A DNA stretch of 64,000 bases from Vicugna vicugna (Eukaryota). Below the pieces are notes generated by a model that worked only from the letters and a program-made list of their open reading frames with translations, had not been told where the DNA came from and searched no databases. Position 1 is the stretch's first letter. The number at the start of each line of letters is the position of its first letter. Both the position numbers and the translations under genes were made by a program. The DNA lies in the NCBI GenBank assembly GCA_013265495.1, contig MU058384.1, positions 6,344,956 through 6,408,955 on the forward strand, written 5' to 3'. This document shows positions 13,299 to 27,373 of this stretch, piece by piece.

Positions 13299-16200
13299 AT
13301 CACCTAGGGTAGACTCTGTCCTTCTAGCCCCATTTCTGTCTCTCTTCATCATTTTCTTTCTTGTTCCAAAATGCAAAAGGAATTTAGGTGATGCCCCAGT
13401 GGTATGAATAAAGCAAGCTGAGGCTTATATGCAGGCCAAAAGAAGAAAATGCTGTCAGCCACTTGGACATGGGGTAGGTACCAGAGGGCCTGAATGGATA
13501 GCCAAGGATGGCAAGTATGGCAAGGCCATCACCAGGCAGTCGGCAAATGGTCAGAGCCCTCACTCCCACCAACAGGTACCTTGAACTAATACTAATACAG
13601 AGGAAGGCAGTACCAGCAGCATCAAAATAATGACTTGGGAGGAAAATATTGAGACAAATACCCTATGTATCTGTTTCTGTGGGGTGAGGAAGAGGCAAAA
13701 CACAGTATTAAAGAAAAGCCATATATAAGTGAGGAAGGGCCAAAGAGGAGTAGAGTAGAAAATCAGTGGAAAGTAATTAAAGAAGAAAATGACAGTGGTA
13801 GAATTTAGGTTAAAGTAATATTTCAATTAGCATTAAGCATTAATTTTCTAAATTATCAAATTACCTTTAAAAAAAATCTACCAACAAATAACTTCACTAC
13901 CCAGAAAAATCTGCTCTAGCATTCCATTACCTTAACTAAGATCCACGGTAAAACCTATTTAAGTAGATGATTACAGAACTATATTGGCTATGGTTGTACA
14001 TTCAAGGCTGTAAGAGTTTTACCTTGGAGACCATAATCATGGTAGAAGGATTATACCTAAAAATTTAAGGGAATAAATTAATGAAGCTTATTTATTCCTT
14101 ATATGTTGATCTACATACCTTATAATATTAAAGAAATCTCTAGATAAGCCTTCACTACTATTAACTAATTGCAGAGAAGAAAGTAAAGCCGCAGGCTTTT
14201 GAGAGAATTAGGGAGTTTTCAGTTCTCATTAGTGAGAATTTAGTCTCTTCATCAAGAATACAAATCACATACCCGCCTCCACGGTGACAGGAGCTGAAAG
14301 GCGCTCCCCGGGCCAGGCCAGGCTTTGCAGGCTGCCCTTCGGGAAAGCAGAAGTGCTTTCTGGAGTGTGTGCTGCGTGGTCCCAGGGCTTGCTCCACTGA
14401 GCCAGACCTTTCCGCTGACACTTCGAAAAACACTCTGTTCCCGTTGATTTTACATCTCCCCCCGTTTTAGAAATTACCACACTGTGGCTGCCACTTTATT
14501 TTAACAGGAATTTCTACTAGAAGATGCAAAACCGCTTTTCAATAATACACATCTTAGCAGTGGAAAAAAGAAAAAAGCTTTCAAAAGGAACTAAAAATGA
14601 GAATCAATGTACCTTCCTGAACATACTACAGAATACTTGTCTTACCATAATTTAATTCCATAAGCTTCCTGGCTATATCATGACATAGTTTAAATTTTTT
14701 GCTCTATTTAAAGACCCTATGAATTTGCTTAGTTGCTCTCATCACTTCTGTTCCTAACACTTATAAATAAACAGCACCTTTCCACTTTTCAATCAGTGGC
14801 ACTTGCCTTTCATTAATCTTCTTCTACCACTTTGGGGGAGAATTTTCAGCAAATTTCCTGAATTTAAGAATATGTGATAACCAAATCTCAAATAAAAATG
14901 GACCCTTTTTCTTTTTGTTCAATAATGGCTCACAAATTATTTTTTTAATTGAGGTATAGGTGATTTCCCTACGAATTATTTTTAACATAATTTTATCAGT
15001 TAAAAATACAGTTTACGTACAATTAAAGACATATCTCACCACAAGTTTGAACTCACCAATAAAAGGAGAAAAAAATTTCCAACTTTCCCAGAAAACACTT
15101 AGTTTTAACACTTGATGAGTTTCCAGAAGCACTGGGAAAATATTCCATAAAAAACAGACTCTGTGGTTGCTGTCCTGAATATTATCTGCAGCCTCCCTTG
15201 ACTATACAGCTGTACAAGCCAAGAATGATGTAGTGGCCTGAAAACTGAAATTCTGTGCGGCTTCAGTCATCACAGATCCTTTCTGTCCAGGGGCCCCATT
15301 AAGCATGTTCCAGGAGACTGGCTCCCGTCCATGCAGGTGGATTTCCCTTCAGCTTAGATATGTCCTTTCCACCAAGGAGAACGGCGGGAAGCAAGAGATT
15401 ATATGGAATGCTCTTTAAAAACTGTATTAGAAAATCAGCCACCACCCAAAATTGCACACCTTATTAGGTAAGTAGAGAAAACAGGGTGAATCCTGACATT
15501 GAATCATAATGAATTCCAACTTCAACCAGAAATTTCAATTGGTTTGAACACCCTATCACCAACTACTGAGAGGAGAGAGCTATAGATTACTTTACAGTAC
15601 CAAACAAAATGCTTCACGGGCTAAAAATGTTATAATAGTTAGGGATGATGAAAATAGTAAAATAAAAATAAAAATAAAAATCATGTATAAAAATCATGTA
15701 TAATTACATTTGCTTGTGATTAATATGATTGTAATATTGCCACATTAATGAACTGTTAGTTGGGTAGTATGGTTTGAGTAGTTAAAATATTTTCATGCAG
15801 AAGGCAAGTTATATCAGTGTGCCTGGAAGAAAAACAGTGCTTTATTACCATTTGGGAGAAGGAATCCATTCAGTAAAGTAGAATAATCAAAATAAATATG
15901 TATGTGTATTCTCACATAATTTACACCAAGAATAGTTAAATTTCCATCATTCACGTTAAAGGAAAGAAGCGTGCATGGCTAATCTAAAACCAAAAATACT
16001 TCACTGTGAAACATTTCTGATAGATTGTTTTTCTGCCAACTAAAATTCATTAGTAGGTTTGACTTAAGCACATATTTAAATGGATTTTCTAAATTGAATA
16101 AATGCAAGTTAACGGAGGAAACTGAAATGGTGAGATAACTTTTGCAGAAGTTAACAAGTTTTGTGTATAATGTACAAGTTTCTACATACAAACATGCAGT

Positions 16201-17484
16201 CACACATATCCTGCACTGCTTACAGTGTTCTCATCTGTTTCCCTCCTAGCATAACAATTAATCAGTAATGCACAACCTATTTTTCAATTTTTAAAGTACA
16301 GCTCAGAAGTCATAAGTAATTCGTATCAAATGAACGATTTGGCCATAATTATATTTTCATTTCTCTCATAACCACATATGCCTCCATCGACAGCTTTATT
16401 CAGATAGTAACATAAAATTCATAAACTTTATACAACTTAAAAGAATTTTTAAGTATGGAAGGTTTTTTAAATGCAGCTACATATTAGGATTTAGCCATTT
16501 TCAATTTCATAAAAAGTATTTTGAAAAGATGAAAGGTTAGTATTCTACCCAAAGTCAACACATGGCATCCCTCAGGAAAGTAAGATGCAAGAAAGATACT
16601 CCTGGAAAGAGAGAAATAATTCATATTCATTCTCCAATATGATTCCTTTGTAGACAGTTAAATAGTGAGGCAATCAATGAAGGTGACAGAAAGCAAAGTC
16701 CCAGTCTAACAATTATATATATAAGCAGAAGAAGCCAGATAATTATTGCAGATATTTGTGGAACAAAGAATGGAAAAAGGAACTCATAAAAATAAAATAA
16801 AAAATAAATTATATAACATATATAGATTCCAATTTATCTGAATAGCTGGATCTTGGTGACCATATTTTGGCAATGAATAAGTAGATTTGGTTCAATTTTT
16901 TAAATTGAATTAGCAACAATAAACCTCACACAGATTTTATATTTCATTAAACTTGATCAGCATCTAAATCTATTATTGTCTAGAAAATATACTGTAGACC
17001 AACTGGGATAGGGAGACAAAATTTAAAAGAAATGATTCTTTAAAGTTTTTTTTCCAAAATAAAGATAATTTAATATTTATGTTAAATATGAATCGGAGTA
17101 AGAAGCACATAATGTGTATAGATATTCAATCTCCATCAATATGATAACTTTTTCTAGGCAATCTGGAGAGCAGACACAGGCAGAGAGCCATTCCTCATTC
17201 CTCAGGAAGGAGACATGCTTGACTTGGGGCAAATTTTCCTTCTCCAGAGGAAGCATGACAATGTCCTCCCATCATAAGAGAAAGCAAGCATCTCTTTCTC
17301 CCTAAATCAAAATGTAGCAAATAGAGCTCTCCCACATCCATGTACACTCACACATATATATTTACACATACTTACATATATTATACATACATAGATATAC
17401 ATACTATAAATCTAATATGCAATCTCTATCTTAAAAAAAATAATAAAATGTTATAGACATGAGCTTTGAAAGAGGTTTTAGGTA

Positions 17485-17644
17485 GGGCAGGAGGGTATAG
17501 CTCAGTAGTAGAGTGCATGCTTAGCATGCATGAGCTTCTGAGTTCAATCCCCAGTACTGCCATTGAAATAAATAATTAAATAAACCTAATTACCTCGTCC
17601 CCAAAACAACAACAAACCAACAATTGCTAAAAAAAAAAAAAAAA
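17485..17644 (+). mobile_element. Vic-1-type SINE
   Basis: Head GAGGGTATAGCTCAGTAGTAGAGTGCATGCTTAGCATGC, tail aaacctaattacctc, poly(A). Confidence 0.92.
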
Positions 17645-18304
17645 CTAAATCTTTTAAAAAGGAAGCAAAAATAAAGCATAAAAAAGGTATTAAAGCAAGA
17701 AAACCTAATTGATAAAAAGAAAATGAAAATAAATATAAAAAATGAATGATCTTAAAGGACTGAATGTCTCTATACTTAATCCTGAACCCCTCTTTCCCAT
17801 AAGAGAATATGAAGCAAACATAAGCGGGCATCGTGAGGCTCAGTGCTACAGGAGAATGGAAGAAAGTCATATTCTGGAAGTGAAATATGGTCCAAGATGG
17901 AAGGAAAAAAATTAGCAGGATGATATGAAAGAAACAAGAAAGCAAGATAAATTTAATAGAGGCAGTAAAAGAAGATGAAAGCAAAGATGCTGTTACAGAG
18001 GATGAAACAGTTTGCTTTGGGTGAAGATGAAGGTTTGAGCAGATTCTTCAGTTTGGTGAGGAGAATATCTAAACAGCTGTCTAGATAGAGGATGTCTGGA
18101 AATTATTATTGAGGAATATAGGGAAATATCTGAGAAACAGTAACAACAATAATCTTTGTAGGTATCAATTTTTAGTTCTCAAGGTACTTTCGCTATTTCA
18201 CTTACTTTCACCACGAGTTAAGTATTTTTATTATGTCTGTTTTACAAATAAGACGAGGGATCTGTGATTCAGATTACGTGATTTGCCTAAGATAGGATGG
18301 TGTC

Positions 18305-18330
18305 CCTCTCTTTCTGTCTCCCTCTCTCTC

Positions 18331-18366
<36 letters not shown>

Positions 18367-18397
18367 GCACACGCACACACAAGCGCACACACACACA
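18305..18397. repeat. Compound (CT)n(CA)n microsatellite
   Basis: Direct reading. It sits within a MIR-like remnant. Confidence 0.95.
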
Positions 18398-19559
18398 GAG
18401 CAAGTAACTAGTACCACCAAAACTCGACACTCCATCTCCAAATGTTTTAATTCTGTTTGCCAACATCGACCTAAATACTTAACCAAAACTCATTAATTCC
18501 TCCCTTTTCCTCACCCTCCCTATATATAATCAATTAGAAAAATCCTTAAATAAGACCCGCAACATTCTGCAGAGCGGTCACTTCTTATGCCCTCCAGTCA
18601 TCTGCCTCTGCCACCGTAGGCTTTTGATGTACTACTTCTTCTGGGACACTCTCCCCTTACACTTCTTCACCCCGCCTCCTCCACACAAACACCCATCCTT
18701 CCACTCAATTCCCACTCATGACCTCCATGTGCAACTTCAGTGTTACATGCTTTCATAAAACCATGAACTTATTCTCCATAGCATTTATCAGTGTTGAACT
18801 TTTATAGGGTTTTTTTTTTTTGCATGTGATGATTAATATTTGCTCTACCACTAGACTATAAGCTCCATACATACAGGGTCCACACATGTTCCTTTCTTTT
18901 TCTTTTTCTTCTCTCATTCTTATTTACTCATTAATTGATTGCTGCGTCCCCAGTACCCAGCACAGCACAGCGCCTGTGTTGTAGGTACACAAGTTCAATA
19001 AACACTCCTGAATGGGTATGAACTCCTCCATGGAATTTGCATTTTAGGGACAACAGATCACACAGAGCTTGGAAGCAATGGTAAGGAATTTGGAATTTTA
19101 GCTGGTGCAACAGGAAGCTACTGAAGGACTCTGGGAGTGAAGAGGGTGTGATCTAATTTTAAATTTTTAAAAATTTACTCCTTCCATTGCATAAAGACAG
19201 GATACAGGAAAGAGGGGGAAGGAAGGGATACCTGCTCAAAGCAACGGCAATGGTTCAGAAGAGAAATTACCACAGCCTGGCTGGGGCAAATGTGAAAACA
19301 GCAGAGCTAGAAAGATGCAATTAGCCTGGGCACACATTGGGCAATAAAATGGACAGGCCTTGACAATACTGGGTTGTCTATTGAAAAGGAGCAAGAAGAA
19401 AACAGTGAAACTTAGTTTGAAGTTTGAGACACTCAAAAAAACAACTAAATAGGGTAATTTCAAATAAAGAAGGAGAAAAGACGTCTGAGCTCTTATAACA
19501 GAGTCATCAAAAGAAAGATTCTACCAAATAGAAATTTAAAATAATGACATATAGTTAAC

Positions 19560-19724
19560 AATAAATGTACAGCACAAGGAACTACATTCAACATCTTGTA
19601 ATAACCTATAATGAAAAAGAATATGAAAAAGAATAGGTATGTATGTATAACTGAATCACTATAGTGTACACCAGAAACCAACATAAATTATAAATCAACT
19701 GTACTTCAATTAAAAAAAATAAAA
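19560..19724 (+). mobile_element. 5'-truncated L1 3' end
   Basis: tgtacagcacaaggaactacattcaacatcttgtaataacctataatgaaaaagaatatg...aactgtacttcaattaaaaaaa, with TSD-like atatagttaac / atatagataac. Confidence 0.85.
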
Positions 19725-20419
19725 ATATAGATAACCCTCTGGAAATTCAATTAAAAGAAAGTTTAAAAAGATTAAAATCATAGTCATTTCCTACAAAAGT
19801 GATGCTACTCATATAGTTTTTAAAAAATTCTAACACTTTAATATTCAAGAATCTATCTTTGGATTTTGAATCTGGCTAAACGCTAGACACCTAAAATCAC
19901 ACAACTTTGTTATAATCTACGATGCTAACCCTAACCCTTCATGATTCTTTTCAAAGTTTTCCTATTTATTTTTCCTCAGGACTCTAAAATATGGTTGAAA
20001 GTCACTGAAGTCTTGAAACCAATGGAAATGCCGTTAAACAAATCTTAGTGCCATATCCCAGTCGGTAAATCCTCAGAAAACTATCATCATCAAGTGCTGG
20101 ATAATCATTTCCTAAGTCAATTTTGTGCTGCATATTTGCTTCACAATTATAATTAATGGTTCACTCAATCAAAGTTGGATTAAAAATATTAAAATTCAAA
20201 CTGACCAAAGTCATATCCCAGCATACTATGTTAAAATTATACACTAACAACTAACAGACGGCAGAGCAAGAAAAGGAGATATGTGCTGTAATAACAGTGA
20301 CAGGGGATAAATGCAGAATTATCCAGAATCAGAAACATTTGCATATACAGTGAAGTTAAATTGTTTTCAAGTCAGAATGAGACAATAGATAGTTGAGAAA
20401 TAAGACAATATAAGCGTTC

Positions 20420-20537
20420 TTTTTTGGGGGGAGACAATTAGGTTTATTTATTTACTTATTTAATGGTACTGGGGGTCGAACCCAGGACCTCGTGCATGCT
20501 AAGCATGTACTCTACCACTGAGCTATATCCTCCCCCC
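20420..20537 (-). mobile_element. Vic-1-type SINE
   Basis: Reverse complement has A box TAGCTCAGTGG, AGC anticodon-like loop, B box GTTCGACCC and the family tail. Confidence 0.92.
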
Positions 20538-21837
20538 AGATATTCTGCTAAGAAAAAAGCTTTTTCCCTTCTGGAAGCAGACACTACTGAAGGTCCTATA
20601 AAGCACAAATTATCAAAACACAGCGCAACGTTTTCACACAGGCTTTCCACTTTAAACTGCCAAACAAGTAGAATGTACCTCCTTATTTTCCAGGCTGTGT
20701 GACCCTTGAGGCTACTGGTATGAAAACCATGCCTCCTCACCCCATCATCACAAAATCTCACACCAAAGGAAGATTCTGTGTGTGACTTGCTAATTCACAG
20801 CAAATTACAGAGGCTTTGTCAGGTATCTTTTTTCCTAGTCTGCTAACCAATCCCCAGAACCTTCTCTCTGCTACTTTCTTCATCAACAGAGGATACTGTC
20901 TCATAACCAGAAGAATAAGGCAAAGCTCTCACCTCAAAGGTCATGTTACCACAGGATTTGGTCCTGCAGTCTTCTCTCCACAGGCTAACCTCCCTTGGCT
21001 ACCCATGTGCCAGAAAATGTAAAGATGGACAAGTTTCAAACCAGAAAAAGAGATATGGTTTCAAAGCAAATAGGCCTGTTAGAACATTATCTTTCTGTGG
21101 CAAGTGGTTCTGTTAGACTTCTATGGAGAAAAGAATGCCAGAATGTTAAGATTAATAGTAAATTAATAAAAACCATTCCTAAGCATTGTGGAGTAGGATG
21201 ACCTTGATCAGAACAGGGAATGAAGACTTGTTTGAAAATGTCTACAGGGCTTTAAAACAGAAAAAATTAATGGGAAAAAAAAACTATATTTTTCTATCAC
21301 ATCTGCTCACATACATAAAGATATTACTAGCTAATTTAAAATTTAAATATTTAAAGAGTATTTTTGCCTAGTTTATTTTTAAATCCTTTTATTAAATTCA
21401 AAGGTTTTGGTCTGTCTGAAATCACTGCACTTCTGGATTATCATCATGCAACCAATATCAGATTCCACTTAAACTCTAATATACTGAAATCTGTACACTG
21501 AAAACAAGTGTAGTATCTCCATTAAATCTCAATTTAAATCTTTGATTTCCAGAGTTTGGTGATTTTTTTCTCACTGCCTATACAAGAATATTGTTTTAAT
21601 AAAACCAAAGATACATATTTTAGCATAACTACTAAAGAATCTTTATGATACTGGATATCATAACAATACTATACTTAAGTCTAACCAAACATAACACTAA
21701 AAATGCTCTTGTGTGCATGTTATTTTTGCTATATTTTGTCTTAAAGGATGAACACAATATTCTAGGACAACTTAATTTAGTAGCGATGAAAAATCATATC
21801 CACAATTATGATCTTGCATCTTCTCTAATTCAATTTA

Positions 21838-21976
21838 TTTTTTATTTTTATTTTTTATTTTTTTGGCAAAGGGAGGTAATTAGGTTTGTTTGTTTGTTTA
21901 TTGGAGGTACTTGGGATGGAACCAGGACCTCGTGCATGCTAAGCATGCACTCTACCACTGAGCTATACCCTCTCCC
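21838..21976 (-). mobile_element. Vic-1-type SINE
   Basis: Family head and tail. 18-bp TSD with one mismatch (cttctctaattcaattta 21820-21837; cttctctgattcaattta 21977-21994). Confidence 0.95.
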
Positions 21977-22149
21977 CTTCTCTGATTCAATTTAGATTAA
22001 AAAATTTTTTAAATTCCTCTGAATAAAAAATTATTTTAAAATTACACATCGGATTTATTTTAAATAGGTGTGTTAAAGTTTCTATGTACAAAAATTCAAA
22101 AGTTATTGAAAATGAGACAACTTATTTTACTTTAAAATGATTGAAATTG

Positions 22150-22480
22150 AACTTGAAATTGGAAGTCCTGGATTCAACTCCTCCTTTTTCCATCTATTAG
22201 ATTTGTGATTTGGGAGAGTTGCTTAACTCCTCTGATCCTGACTCTGTCACCCGTGAAAATGGAACTGATGCCCGTCCTGTTGTGAAGATTAAACCAGAAG
22301 GCTAGTGCTTACTAACCACATAACCTTAGGCAAGTTTTGCAGTTTACAGGTTCTCAGCATCCTCATAGGTAAAATAATGGTGATTATAAATGTATCTACT
22401 TCATAGGACTGTTGTCATAAGTAAATTAGATTATGCGTGGTATATAGTAAGGGCTCAGTAATGAGATCACTATTTACGCC
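22150..22480 (+). mobile_element. MIR SINE fragments
   Basis: tcctggattcaact...ttgtgatttgggagagttgcttaactcctctg and accttaggcaagtt...ctcagcatcctcataggtaaaataatgg resemble the MIR core. Confidence 0.7.
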
Positions 22481-24108
22481 GTTGTCATTATACAGGGAAA
22501 ATGCAGCAAACACAGTGTCTTAGAAAGAAAACAGACTTCAGAGTCCTTCCAGGCTGGGTCAGAATGCAAGATTAGTGTTAAGGTCTGAAATGCATTCAGC
22601 CCACAGCCCTTAATAGGTACCTGATTAAACACCTACCTGTTATTATGACAACAGGTTCTTAATTGATGTGAGTCAACTGTAAAAGGAAGATGGCTCCTTT
22701 CAAACTGCCAAATCCCAGTGAGAACTCTTCTCCTTAGAAGAGACGTTCTGCTGAAGCTTTCAAAAGACACAAGCCTGAACTTCATCTCTCTGGACTAAAA
22801 GGAAACCTAAACGCAGTAATGTTTAACTTCATTGATTTAGTTCTTTATGAGGCCAGAAAAAAAAAATGTCATGATCTATTAAAAACACTCAAAACCTCTG
22901 GGAGCTGGGACGGATGTTGGAATTCTTTCAAACCATGGAAGAAATGATTCAGGATGCAGGGACGTGCTAGGAGGCTTCTAATGAAACTCAGCTCACATTC
23001 ATCATGTGCTGGATCCTGGAACAGCTTTTGCTTTGTCCCAGATGGTAGTTTAAATACATTTCAAACTATTGTTGGTTTATATAGTACATGACAGAAGATA
23101 ATTTAAACACAATGTCCCAACTGTATATTTGTTTTGGTTCTAACACTTACTGTGTGTGCAGTAAATGCCCCACTACAAAAATAATAAGAAATGCTTTTCT
23201 TGTGCATAAATCATTCCCTGCTTTGTTGCCGTGATTGGAAAGTGTGGATTAAATACATGTGATACTTTTTTTTTTAAGTTTCTACTGAGGATCTGTGTCC
23301 AGTTGAGTTCTTTTATGATTTAAATTTATGTGGGTTATAAATAAGGCATATTTTACCCCTTATATTTGATTTCTAGACATAACTACTTAAACATAGCTAC
23401 AGTATCAGGGTCTTTCTTTTAAATGTTAAATATTATAAACTCACAGGCAACAAACAAGACTATCCAAATATGTTAATCTTCAAAATCCTTAAACACACAA
23501 CATAACTGAAAGATACAAATCTGGTTTTCAAATTAAAAGACTTCATTTTCAATAAAGCTCCACAATAAAACTAAGTGGCTCAGAAACACCGAGAGAGTAA
23601 AAGAAGTATTTGTTTTTCCCCTTGGAGAATATACTTTTCACCTGGAAAAACAGCTGATCAAATTAAAGCCACGCAGGGTACAGAAGTAAGAGGCACAGAT
23701 GACAGTACTGGCTGTGGCAAGTCATTCCATTATCAGGATCCCGCTTTATGTGCAAAATGAGGAGCTCATTCTGTAAAGTCCCTTCAACACTGCATGCCTG
23801 TGGCTATGTCTTCTGGTGCTTCTATTCCATGGGAATATGGGCTTTGGAGTCAGTTCTAGTCTGAACTCTGTCACTCACCTAGACGAGTATCTTCACCAAG
23901 GCGTTGAGCCTCCCTTTGCCCTACTCTCCTGGCTTTCGTAATTCATGATAATAGTCATGCAGCATGAGCACACTGTCTATCTGGCTGAGAAAATGACCTA
24001 AACGCATCACAGAATTTTACAACATCATTAAAACTGCTGAGGAAGTGGTTATGTTTGGCCCAACATTTACAGGGATTATATCAGACATACCTCTAGAATA
24101 AACATGCA

Positions 24109-24111
<3 letters not shown>

Positions 24112-24139
<28 letters not shown>
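24112..24139. repeat. (CA)n microsatellite
   Basis: Direct reading. Confidence 0.95.
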
Positions 24140-24144
<5 letters not shown>

Positions 24145-24829
24145 GGCACACAATAACATTTATTAAGCCCATACATAATACTGTTACTCAAGAACTATAA
24201 GCAATGGCAGAAATATAGATATACCCTCCGTATGTTTATTTACTTTCATGTTTTACTTTTTTGTATGACCTACTTGAAATGCTGAAGAGATATGAGGCAA
24301 TCTAACCTAGTTGAAAAAGACAGACCTGGTTTCCAAACACAGGCCTGCCATTTCCCAGTTCTGTGGTCTTGGCCAGGCACTCAGCTGCCTCAGCACCTCC
24401 CCTGACGCACAGACACTGGTGTAACGATGGCTGCCACGCTGGGTTACTGAGGAGAATGCAGAGAGAACACGTGAAGCAGCCTGCACAATGCTGGCTCCCC
24501 CCGTAGTGATTATCTTGTTGTGGGGCTCAGTCCTCAGTCCTATGCTTAACTCCTCGTGGCAGCTTGTCCTGTTGTCCTGTCTCAGCTGGTAACAGAATAT
24601 ACATTTTTCTCACTCAACTGCCAAAAAAGGCACGTTCAATCTTTTCATGAACTCACAAAGGGCACCGTGCTCAGCAATGAAGAGTCGAAGAATACGCTTT
24701 GAATCCTCTTTGCTGAATGTCATTCTAACTTTTAACAACCAACTAACTAATAGCTAAATACTTACTGTTTGCTTACCATGTGCCAGGAACCATTTGAAGT
24801 GGTTTACAAGTTGTTTAATCTTCACAAAG

Positions 24830-25465
24830 ACCACTTCTCACCACTCCTCTCCTATCACACGGGCCTCTTAACTGGCCTTCATTCTTCTGACCTTGCTCTG
24901 CAGAGTCTATTCTCAAAATAGAAGCCAAAGTGTTCTTATTAAACAGTCAGATCATGTTACTGCTTGCCCCAAATCCTCCAATGCTTCATCTCCAAGTCAT
25001 AAAAATGACCAACAAAGACCTACAAACTCTGGGCCCCATTACCTCTCCCACCATCTCCTACTGCTCAGCTGCTCTGCTCCAGCCACAGAGTCTCCCTATG
25101 TTCCTCAAACATGTCCATCCTGGGGTCCATTCCTGGCTGTTTCCTCTGCCAGGAATGCTCTTCCCCCAAGCACTTTCACAGACAGGACCCCTTCCTCCTT
25201 CAGGTCTTCACTGAACTGTCATCTTCTCCAAGAGGTCTTCTCTGACAATTCTGTTTAAAATCGCAACCTCCTCCTTTCCCTGTTCCTAACCTGGCCATTA
25301 CATGTTTTTCTTATATCGTTCATTGGCTATCTCCCCACTGCCCTCCACCCAGAACGTAAGCAACTTGGGACAGGAATTTTTGTTTATTTAGCACTGTATT
25401 CCCTGTGCCTAGAGAGTCCTGGAACACAGTAAGTACTCATAAATTAACTGTTGAATGAATGAACA
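24830..25465 (+). mobile_element. L2 LINE 3' fragment
   Basis: Pyrimidine-rich L2 body ending in cctggaacacagtaagtactcataaattaactgttgaatgaatgaa, the L2 terminal repeat. Confidence 0.8.
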
Positions 25466-27163
25466 AACCCTAGAAGACAGATCATTTGTATTCCCCCTTT
25501 ACAGGGGAAAAAAATGGAGAAGGCACCTGAACTGGCAGTGAAACACAGAGGCAGGATAAACACTCAAACTCTCTAGAAAGCACACATGATCACTACGCTA
25601 CTCTGCCTCTCAAGGTAAAGTTTGTGGTTTCTTACCATGATGCACATAACCCTCCAGTCTGGTCTATTTCTCCAGAACCATCTCCCAGCCCTCCAGCCAG
25701 TGCTGCTCGTGGTTCCCGGTGCAGGCCACCATGTCTCACCCACTTCTGCCCTTGCTACACCCAGCTCTTTAGCTTAAATGTTCTTGCTTTCTTCCCACTG
25801 CTATTGCCCTAGCTTGCCTGTACTCACATCTCAGGATCTAACTAGGAATGTAGGAGAAGGAAAGAATGCCCATCTTCCTGAAGGAGACTCTTGGGGTATC
25901 CTCCTTTAGACCACGACAGAACCCTGCACATGCTCCCAGAGATGCCTGTCCCACATTTTATTAAAATAATATATTAATGTTTTTCTTACCCATTAGATAA
26001 TGAACTAAATGACCAACTAATTAATTAATTATTGTATCCCCAAAATCTAAAATGAGATGTAGCACAGGACTTATGGTGAATCAAGTTTGAACTGAATGAT
26101 GGCTACAGACTAGAAAGCTTACGTATTTAGGGTGTAGAAGGGAAGTCACTGCTACCAACAGTGTCACATACCATTCTTGTTCCTTCAAGGAGAATATCTG
26201 CTTATTCATTCATTCAGCCAATGCATCTATTTGAACCTTTGTGTGAGTTACTGTGTTGGATTCCATGGACACCACGAAGATGAAGGAGCTAAGCCTTCCT
26301 CTACCTGAGCCCTGCACCCACTCCATCCGTGTCCAACTTAGGAGCTAATAATCGCATATGAAATTTAGTGCCACATCAACTTCATATGAGTGATATGAAC
26401 AAAGTGCTATGAGAACTGTCACACACGAGATCTCATTTCAGGCTAGGGGATAAGAAAGATAACATGAAAGGAGTGATATTTAGTTTGAACTAAAAGAATT
26501 GGTTGTATTGTAAAATTTATATTGTGTCTATTAAAGGAAAAGAATATTTCTCCTAAACCAAGTCTTAAAAGATTGAATAAAATGAAATACCCTCTTTTGC
26601 ATCCAATTATAGGGACTCAAATAACTAAGTGTTTCTAAGCAAAAATTTCACTGTATGCTAGTAAAGTATTCAAAATCTCTAACAGCTGACCCCTGGAATG
26701 GGGAAAGGTAGACAGATAGGGAGAACAGAGCCTCGTCACAATCACCAGCTTGGAGGCAGTAGAAAGAAAGGGAACATATAAACACTGGCCTCTCCAGTTT
26801 TATAACAGTGGCTGGAAGAGACGGGTCTGGCTCAGTCATCTGCCTCCAACTGGGCTTTTGATGCGACTGTCTCTGTTTAAGTAAATACCTGAAATAATTA
26901 AAATGAACAAACTACAGTCAAATCACCATGCAGAACGGCTTCACTGGTTTCAAACAGATGAGGATATAAAAACAAAAACAAAAAATTAATGTATCTAGTT
27001 CTACCAAATAGAAAACTAATCTATGATGCTAAGAAGAAAAAAATCACTGAGAAATCACTGAAAACCAATATGCTTTCACTAAGCAAGTCCTAGGACCAAA
27101 CACAGCCTGCATCTTACAATAAAATTAAGAATCAAATACAAGCAAACAGACAAAACTGTAGAG

Positions 27164-27373
27164 CAGGAGTCAGCAAACTAGGGCTTGTGGGCCAAATCCC
27201 GCCACTTGTTTTTGTCAAGTTTTATTGAACCACAACTATACTCATTTATTTACATACTGGCTGTGAAGGCTTCTACCCAACGAAGGCAGAGTGAAGTAGT
27301 TACAACACAGACTGGTCCACAAAACCTGAAATATTTACTAACTGGCTTTTGCAGAAAAGTCTGCAGACCCTTG
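27164..27373. mobile_element. MER58A-like hAT-Charlie MITE
   Basis: caggagtcagcaaactagggcttgtgggccaaatcccgcc...ggcttttgcagaaaagtctgcagacccttg. Confidence 0.85.

Noticed and set aside
14023..14058. AG|GT recursive-splice-like site with a 34-nt pseudo-exon (similar motifs near 3240, 23641 and 26889)
   Set aside because: The regenerated donors (GTATAA, GTAAAC, GTGAAA, GTATTT) or the pyrimidine tracts are weak compared with known YAG|GTAAG recursive sites.
20456..20761. ORFs and a tRNA-like sequence suggesting a tRNA-Ala gene or small protein
   Set aside because: Eleven diverged copies share a non-tRNA tail and A-rich end, and several have TSDs, so they are SINEs. The recurring peptide (EPRTSCMLSMxSTTELYP) is the SINE read antisense.
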